DNA from: an uncultured cyanobacterium
Lineage (GTDB): Bacteria > Cyanobacteriota > Cyanobacteriia > Pseudanabaenales > Pseudanabaenaceae
NCBI GenBank assembly: GCA_963703315.1
Contig: OY969811.1
Coordinates: 2,528,001 to 2,592,000, forward strand
Direction of reading: 5' to 3'
DNA: 64,000 bases
Shown here piece by piece: positions 58,099-64,000 of the stretch. Position 1 is the stretch's first letter; each line of letters begins with the position of its first letter. Below the pieces are notes generated by a model that had not been told where the DNA came from, searched no databases, and saw nothing but the letters and a program-made list of their open reading frames with translations. Both the position numbers and the translations under genes were made by a program.

Positions 58099-59709
58099 AT
58101 GAACGAATCTTCACTATTACAAAATGTTACTGCGATCGCCCTCATCGGAACCCAGAGACAGCCATTTACTCCCATTAGTACTGATGGCAAGCTAGGTCAG
58201 CTACTAGCGAGTGTTGATACCACCAATCAAGAGGCAGCTTTGTTAAGTACTGTGGCGATCGCCACGATGTATCAGCAAGCAGGACAACTACCAATTACGA
58301 ATTACGAATTACGAATTATTGAACCTTGTGAATTAGATGATTTACCTCGTTGTAGCGATCGCACTGGTTACTATCTATCCTTGATGCTCAGTGGTGAACA
58401 TCTGCAACTGCTACCCGAACTGCTCGATTGCCTAGCGGATCTTGGACAAAGAGTTCATGAAACTAGCTTGCCAAGTTTACTGGACTTAGGGAAGAGGCAG
58501 TCGGATGTGTGCGAGGCGATCGCTAAAGTATTGGGTAAGCGTGGGCAATGGTTAGCGGCGCAAAATTCTGAATGGAACTATGTAGCGAGTGAGGATGATT
58601 CGGTATGGGAAACGGGTAGTAAGGCGGCACGGTTAATGTGGCTCTCGCAATTACGTCGTCAAGATCCAGACCAAGCAAGGCAACTGGTAGAGTCAACATG
58701 GAAGCAGGAAAGCGCTAGCGATCGCACTGCATTTTTGGAATCATTCAGCAATAATTTGAGTATGGCGGATGAACCTTTCTTGGAATCATTGCTTGACGAT
58801 CGCAGTAAGGAAGTACGGCGCGTTACCGTTGATTTGCTGACTTGTTTGCCTGAGTCGAGATTTTGCCAAAGAGCGATCGCCAGAGTTCAGGATTTCATCA
58901 AATTACAACGTGAAGGTAATCAGCAATATTTTACGGTTGATTTGCCTGAAGTCCATACGCCTGAAATGCTGAGGGATGGGATTGAGGCGAAAAGTAATGA
59001 TAATCAAATGGGCGATCGCGCTTCGTGGTTATTGAAGATGCTGACATCAACGCCATTATCTTTCTGGAATCAGCCTTTCTGGAATGAACCTTTAGCGATG
59101 TCAATTGAGGATTTAGTGAAGATGGCTAATCATTCCCAAAGCGATCGCTTAATTCTCCAAGGATGGATTGCATCGGCTCAAAAAACAGGAAATTTAGTTT
59201 GGTTGCAAGCCTTAGTTGAGTTTAGCCAAGAGGAGGGGGTTAATCGCATTGCTGGTCAGCCTTTAGCCGATAGTCTCATATTAGACTCTCAACAACAAGC
59301 AGCAGCAATCCATCTGCTCAAAAATCCTGATTTAGCCTTTAGTAATCTTTTTAAGTCGCTTCTCTTTAAGAATAAAACAATCTGGAATGAAGAAGTAAGT
59401 GCGATCGTTCTTGAAATAATTATCACTACTCTAGATCGATTTATCAAAATTTCTCAATTAACGAGTCACTATTGGGGCATCAGTGAATTTATTCGTGATG
59501 CGGCGAAATATATAGCTCCATCGTTGATTCCTGTGGCTAAGGATCAAGCGCTTGCGGTTAGTCAAAGGTTACAGGAGCTTAGCTTGGAATCTGACAACAA
59601 AAAGGAACTTAGGGAATGGGAATATACGCAAACAACATTACATAAATCCATTAAGCAATTCATCGATTTATTGCAAATTAGACAGGAAATGTTAGAGTCA
59701 ATTGTATAA
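58099..59709 (+). CDS. DUF5691-domain protein
   Basis: ALIGTQR, LGKRGQWLAAQNSEW, WETG..R..LRR.DP, DEPFLE.LLDDRSKEVR. Confidence 0.85.
   Translation: MNESSLLQNVTAIALIGTQRQPFTPISTDGKLGQLLASVDTTNQEAALLSTVAIATMYQQAGQLPITNYELRIIEPCELDDLPRCSDRTGYYLSLMLSGEHLQLLPELLDCLADLGQRVHETSLPSLLDLGKRQSDVCEAIAKVLGKRGQWLAAQNSEWNYVASEDDSVWETGSKAARLMWLSQLRRQDPDQARQLVESTWKQESASDRTAFLESFSNNLSMADEPFLESLLDDRSKEVRRVTVDLLTCLPESRFCQRAIARVQDFIKLQREGNQQYFTVDLPEVHTPEMLRDGIEAKSNDNQMGDRASWLLKMLTSTPLSFWNQPFWNEPLAMSIEDLVKMANHSQSDRLILQGWIASAQKTGNLVWLQALVEFSQEEGVNRIAGQPLADSLILDSQQQAAAIHLLKNPDLAFSNLFKSLLFKNKTIWNEEVSAIVLEIIITTLDRFIKISQLTSHYWGISEFIRDAAKYIAPSLIPVAKDQALAVSQRLQELSLESDNKKELREWEYTQTTLHKSIKQFIDLLQIRQEMLESIV
58293..58318 (+). 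repeat. Heptamer short tandem repeat (AATTACG)x3 inside the CDS
   Basis: AATTACGAATTACGAATTACGAATTA. Confidence 0.85.
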
Positions 59710-59756
59710 CTCTTTTTGAAAATATAGATTAGCAATTGCCTTATTTGGCTTATTGG

Positions 59757-59829
59757 AAGTAGTGATATAAATTAGCGATCGCCACATCAAACAATAGTTT
59801 AACTACATCAGCTTTTAAAGCTTTATGCC
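59757..59829 (+). repeat. 73-bp direct repeat, copy 1
   Basis: Matches 60560-60632 with 7 mismatches by hand alignment. Confidence 0.9.
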
Positions 59830-59950
59830 ATAGTTTTGAGAGAACCCATTATAATCTTAAATAAGATTTCAGGAAGTCAGCATGATTGTTGAAACTAGCA
59901 ACGAATGTAGAAGCTTATCAAACATATAAATAATAAATTCGGGTATTATC

Positions 59951-60181
59951 ATGCGTAAACAGATTACTGAATATACATCGCCTCTGGATGCTTTAGTCGC
60001 TTTAACTAAGCAACTATACAGTTATGAGATTAAATATCAAACTGATTCAGCAGACTTTTTTGTGCAGTATCAACAAGGTAAGACGGATGATGATGAAGAT
60101 AAGTTTGATTGGGCGAGTAATTACCGTCATTATCTAGCTTTACGCCAAGAATTAGAGAGCAAGCTAAGAAATGTCGCGTAA
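59951..60181 (+). CDS. TumA-like antitoxin
   Basis: YE.KY..DSADFF.QYQQG..DD..D..DW; overlaps the toxin start. Confidence 0.7.
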   Translation: MRKQITEYTSPLDALVALTKQLYSYEIKYQTDSADFFVQYQQGKTDDDEDKFDWASNYRHYLALRQELESKLRNVA

Positions 60182-60578
60182 TAGTTTTAGGGATTATTTT
60201 GATCAAATAGATCAACTTTTGGAAGCTTATCCTGATGTCTATGTAGAGAATTACAATGCGACAATTCTATCTAGTGAGCGAGCCAATCTCAAACTTCGAT
60301 TGCGTTTTTATTTCCAATATTTACTTTCTATCAGTGAGGCTTTGGTTGTTGTAGATGATCAAATTACGGCGATTGATTATCGCTATCATTTCCAAGATGG
60401 ACAGAACAATCTAGTTTTTCGCTATGACAATACGCCCCATTTCCCCAATTTGTCGAGTTTCCCTCACCACAAGCATTTAGCAAGTCAAGTAATTTCTTGT
60501 AATCAGCCGAGTCTTGAAACTGTTATTCAAGATGCGATCGCTTTTCTTGAGGGATTTGAAAGTAGTGATATAAATTAG
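60171..60578 (+). CDS. DUF6516/TumE-like toxin
   Basis: YRYHFQD..LVFRYDNTPH..FPHHKH. Confidence 0.85.
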   Translation: MSRNSFRDYFDQIDQLLEAYPDVYVENYNATILSSERANLKLRLRFYFQYLLSISEALVVVDDQITAIDYRYHFQDGQNNLVFRYDNTPHFPNLSSFPHHKHLASQVISCNQPSLETVIQDAIAFLEGFESSDIN

Positions 60579-60632
60579 TGATCGCCATATCAGACGATTG
60601 TTTAACTACATCTGCTTTTAAAGATTTATGCC
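60560..60632 (+). repeat. 73-bp direct repeat, copy 2 (contains the toxin stop codon)
   Basis: Matches 59757-59829. Confidence 0.9.
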
Positions 60633-60667
60633 CCGCAGATTGAGCTTTTGCTCATAAAAATATTGAT

Positions 60668-61453
60668 TTAAGAACCTCGCAAGTGGCTAATTATAGGCGC
60701 TAAATGACTTGGCAAATCAACCGCAATAAGATCACTACAAGGTTCTATTGCAAGTCCACTAAGATGTTCAACATCTTGAACTTTTTTCGCGAGTATTTGA
60801 ATTAAAGATGCAGTCTTATCTAATTCAAATATATCCTGTGAATCAAGGACAATAATTGTCTTACCAGTTCTCGCATGAAAAAGAGCTTGTCGCAACCTTG
60901 CATCACCTAGCTTTTGTTGTCGTGATTCCTGACCTCTTTTAGGAAAACCTGAAGCACCATTCAAAGTAAAAAATATTCCTAGTCCAGTAGTACTGGGGAG
61001 ATTAATTTCCATAAGACTACATAATCTTGCAAACTGCTGATCATTTACTTGTGCCTTAGTACACTTAGCTTCAACAACAATATCTCTTTGATTATCTTTC
61101 ATATAAAGAAGTCTATAAAGAATCTCCCAATCTTCAGTATCACCACTTACGAGAAGGTCATACTGACAACTAGCAGAACGAAAACTTTTGATGCTAGTTA
61201 GTCCTCTCAGTCCACAAAATGTAAGAGCTACTATCTTCTCTAATAAATCGCCAGCATTTTTACGTTGTGTCTCTGTTGGGAATTTAATTGATATATAAGT
61301 TTTCAGTTCTTGTAAATATCCTGAAATTCTAGTGTCTGGTACATATAAATAAGATGCTATAGAGCTTCTTGCAATTTCATCTTTTGGATTTAAAACTTTT
61401 ATAGCCTTAAGTAAATTTACAATCAAGGCTCCTTGGTCTAAAGAATCTGACAT
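60668..61453 (-). CDS. Mrr-like PD-(D/E)XK restriction-endonuclease-fold protein
   Basis: GDLLEKIV, QYDLLV, IVVEAK, QFARL, GIFFT..GASG. Confidence 0.75.
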   Translation of the reverse strand: MSDSLDQGALIVNLLKAIKVLNPKDEIARSSIASYLYVPDTRISGYLQELKTYISIKFPTETQRKNAGDLLEKIVALTFCGLRGLTSIKSFRSASCQYDLLVSGDTEDWEILYRLLYMKDNQRDIVVEAKCTKAQVNDQQFARLCSLMEINLPSTTGLGIFFTLNGASGFPKRGQESRQQKLGDARLRQALFHARTGKTIIVLDSQDIFELDKTASLIQILAKKVQDVEHLSGLAIEPCSDLIAVDLPSHLAPIISHLRGS

Positions 61454-61456
61454 ATA

Positions 61457-61819
61457 TTAAATAAACTCAATAGGTTCTTTGGCTATGGCAATTACATCAA
61501 AAGACATTTCATCATAGTCTTCAATAGTTTCTCCACATTCAGGACAAGTCCAAGGTAAGTTAGGGAAACCTATCCCAAAAGGTATTGAACCTACAGATGC
61601 TTCGCTACAACTGTGATAGATAAGAAGACGATTACTGCATAGACCCGACAATCCAAGAGCAATAACAACTGCATAAGCTTGTGGTAGTTTTAATCGGAGA
61701 CTTATAACAAGCTCATGAGGCATTACTTTAGAATTTGGATTTCTAAACTTCTTACTCAGCTTTGTTTTTTGACTAGCGTCTAAGAAATTCAGTTTAGTCT
61801 CACAAGTAAATTGGTTCAT
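61457..61819 (-). CDS. Small protein with probable Zn ribbon
   Basis: HSC ... CPECG; 5-bp and 3-bp gaps to its neighbours. Confidence 0.75.
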   Translation of the reverse strand: MNQFTCETKLNFLDASQKTKLSKKFRNPNSKVMPHELVISLRLKLPQAYAVVIALGLSGLCSNRLLIYHSCSEASVGSIPFGIGFPNLPWTCPECGETIEDYDEMSFDVIAIAKEPIEFI

Positions 61820-61824
61820 ACAAG

Positions 61825-62988
61825 CTACTCTAAATTGAGTTCCGCTAATAAAAACTTTAGCACTCCAGTACTACTTCCACATTCTTGATAACACTTTAGG
61901 TGCTGTAAAGAGTCTTGGTTATTAGAAAGTAGATCTAGTCCCAAATAGCAATGTACACGAAAAAGAGTTTCAACTTTTACTTTGTTTTCAACATCCTTAT
62001 CAATATCAACATCTGGAATAGAGGCTTGTGCATCTGATATCTTTTTAAGTCTAAACTCATAGGATTTAGTTCCCCATTCTCTAATAAGAGTATGTAAAAT
62101 AGCTCTCTCAACTTGAAACAGTTGTTGCGAATCATACGGAAAAGAATAGTTCAATGAATCTAGAGCGGCTTCAGCCAAAGTCCGCGAAAGAACCTTTAAT
62201 CCTGAATCATCGATATCAACTTCATCATCATCCCCACTATGAGCATTTAAAGCTATACCTGATGATTTAGCTCTAACTCTTTTATGACTCCATTTGTATT
62301 GAGGTTTATCATACTTGTCCCAGAGTTTATAAAGAAGAAGATCTTCAAGTTCTGGATGCTCCAATTTAGCTCCAAGAATTGTTTCAAGCTCTTTAAATAC
62401 TCTTTGGATATGTAGCCAAAAAGGGAATTGGCTTCTAGAATCCTTTTTTTCTTCACTTGTATTAGAAAATCCATCCCAACTAAGCGCAACATATTTTTCT
62501 CCAACTTCAGCTATAACTGGCCATCGAATATAAGCAACTTCAAAGGTTTTAGTATTACCTTCTTCACTGTATTCTCTGGGAATAAAATGTTCTACACGAC
62601 AAGTGTAGATGTACCAAACTTTAGAGCTTGCAGGCTCTCTAATTGGTCCATACCATCCTGACTCACCAAAAGAGAAAAGTAAATCTCTAGGATTTTTGAG
62701 TTGAGGTATCTCTGAATGTTTACCTTGCATAAGAGATAGCCAAACTCTTGGTTTCTGTACATATTTAATCAGTAAGTCGTTATAGTCTAGTTCTTTATGT
62801 TCGATTGCTCCAGCTATATTAATTGCATAACCTTCTTTCGTTTTTAAGTCACTTCTTCTAAAAACATTAAAGCTTTTTAGGAAGTCAACCGTAAATTCTG
62901 GACTAGATAAAAATTTTTGACAAAAAGGATAACCTTCTAAATATCCCACATCAAGAAATGCATCTGGATTTTTTAGCTTTACAGTCAT
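61825..62988 (-). CDS. Hypothetical protein (387 aa), first gene of an AT-rich operon
   Basis: Long ORF with no motif I recognise. Confidence 0.8.
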   Translation of the reverse strand: MTVKLKNPDAFLDVGYLEGYPFCQKFLSSPEFTVDFLKSFNVFRRSDLKTKEGYAINIAGAIEHKELDYNDLLIKYVQKPRVWLSLMQGKHSEIPQLKNPRDLLFSFGESGWYGPIREPASSKVWYIYTCRVEHFIPREYSEEGNTKTFEVAYIRWPVIAEVGEKYVALSWDGFSNTSEEKKDSRSQFPFWLHIQRVFKELETILGAKLEHPELEDLLLYKLWDKYDKPQYKWSHKRVRAKSSGIALNAHSGDDDEVDIDDSGLKVLSRTLAEAALDSLNYSFPYDSQQLFQVERAILHTLIREWGTKSYEFRLKKISDAQASIPDVDIDKDVENKVKVETLFRVHCYLGLDLLSNNQDSLQHLKCYQECGSSTGVLKFLLAELNLE

Positions 62989-63175
62989 TTATTAACCACA
63001 TATCTAAATTATTAGCTATATACTAGCTTCTAAGCAAATATTTGACTATAACCAAGAGATTAACTCTTTGAAAATTTAGTTTTAATTTGCAAAGTATCAT
63101 CTTTGGGATTTAAACAAAATTAATCTCTCTGAGATTAAATATAATTTACTCAACCCCAATAACGAGGAGTTACCA

Positions 63176-63364
63176 ATGCAAACAACTAGCGAACAATACA
63201 TTGTTGATGCTCAAGGTCAACGTTTGAGCGTAGTTGTAGAATTTGACTATTATCAAAAACTGCTTGCGCGTCTAGAAGAACTAGAAGAAGTTTATGCCTT
63301 TGACCTAGCCGAAGAATCACAGGACGAAGCTATCCCATTTGCTCAAGCGATCGCTCATAAATAA
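63176..63364 (+). CDS. Orphan antitoxin-like protein, possibly truncated
   Basis: GAGGAG RBS; QYIVD.QG....VV....YQ.LL..LEELE; no toxin follows. Confidence 0.6.
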   Translation: MQTTSEQYIVDAQGQRLSVVVEFDYYQKLLARLEELEEVYAFDLAEESQDEAIPFAQAIAHK

Positions 63365-63369
63365 TCATC

Positions 63370-63642
63370 ATGATCAAACAAATCACTCTAGAAGTCGAAG
63401 CGCCCATCGCCGACGCATCCCAAAATGCCACCCCAGAAAATCGTCAAGCACTACAGGCGATCGTTAGCCTATATCTAAAATCTATATCTATTCCACCTCA
63501 GAAAGAGATTGTACCCAACCAAGATATTCCTAACAAAAAGCCAAAACGCACAACACCAAAGCATCTAGCTGGAAAAATCGAAATTCTAGGCGATATTGTT
63601 AGTCCGATCGTAGATGAAGAGGATTGGGAATGTCTGAAATAG
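63370..63642 (+). CDS. VapB-like antitoxin
   Basis: C-terminal LAGKIEILGDIVSP..DW; overlaps the vapC start. Confidence 0.7.
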   Translation: MIKQITLEVEAPIADASQNATPENRQALQAIVSLYLKSISIPPQKEIVPNQDIPNKKPKRTTPKHLAGKIEILGDIVSPIVDEEDWECLK

Positions 63643-63870
63643 TAATTCTCGATACCCACATCTGGATTTGGTATGTCAACGAAAACTTCGAGCAAATTCC
63701 TACACAGTGGTTAGAACAAATTCGGTAAGCAGATATAGTTGGAGTGTCAGCAATAAAGAGATCCCTTCGATCGCCTAATCATCGCCACTGCCTTAGAATA
63801 TGGCGCAAAACTTGCCAGTGTTGACAGCTTATTTTCTAAATATCCTGAACTTGAGAATTACCTAATGTAA
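63630..63870 (+). pseudogene. VapC/PIN toxin pseudogene
   Basis: MSEIVILDTHIWIW.. then TAA at 63726; after VSAI a deletion/frameshift jumps to RDPFDRLIIATA..LASVD. Confidence 0.85.
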
Positions 63871-63960
63871 ATTAGCAACACTCATGATTCTAAACATTCT
63901 GTTAAAATGAATCAGATCAAAAGACTAAAGGGAACTTAACTCCCTTGATCGTATATTTCT

Positions 63961-64000
63961 ATGAATACGGAAAAACCAGCCAAAACATCTAAAACCGCCA
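63961..64000 (+). CDS. Possible start of the next gene (MNTEKPAKTSKTA...)
   Basis: ATG with an open frame to the window end; only 13 codons visible. Confidence 0.3.
   Translation, partial: MNTEKPAKTSKTA

Noticed and set aside
1..64000. Autonomous transposase, integrase or reverse transcriptase
   Set aside because: None recognised among the ORFs; whatever mobilises the MITE/REP elements must be encoded elsewhere.

Overview
64-kb chromosomal window of a cyanobacterium. The HIP1 octamer GCGATCGC is very frequent, and there are sepJ-like, tftA-like and HHL1-like genes; gene style suggests a filamentous Pseudanabaena-type strain (inference). Most of the window is housekeeping: rplT/rpmI, lpxB, sdhB, trpF, nagZ, dacB, rlmD, dedA, tRNA-Ser(TGA), a UvrD-type helicase and a PD-(D/E)XK nuclease. 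Intergenic spaces are packed with several families of short palindromic REP/MITE-like elements; some are nested and one is inserted in frame in the helicase. The last ~15 kb is an accessory/defence hotspot. It holds an AT-rich AAA-ATPase + DUF3226-like pair, an MmeI-like type IIL restriction-modification gene inserted between SWIM and DUF5691 genes, a TumA/TumE-like TA pair bracketed by 73-bp direct repeats, and decayed TA modules. It also holds an AT-rich, HIP1-free three-gene operon (unknown 387 aa, small Zn-ribbon protein, Mrr-like nuclease) that I cannot assign to a named system and rank as the best candidate for a new defence system. Other highlights are a histone-H1-like protein with two repeated globular domains, a GNAT-TrhO fusion and an HtpX homologue lacking its zinc ligands. 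All family calls come from motif recognition by eye; no searches were run.
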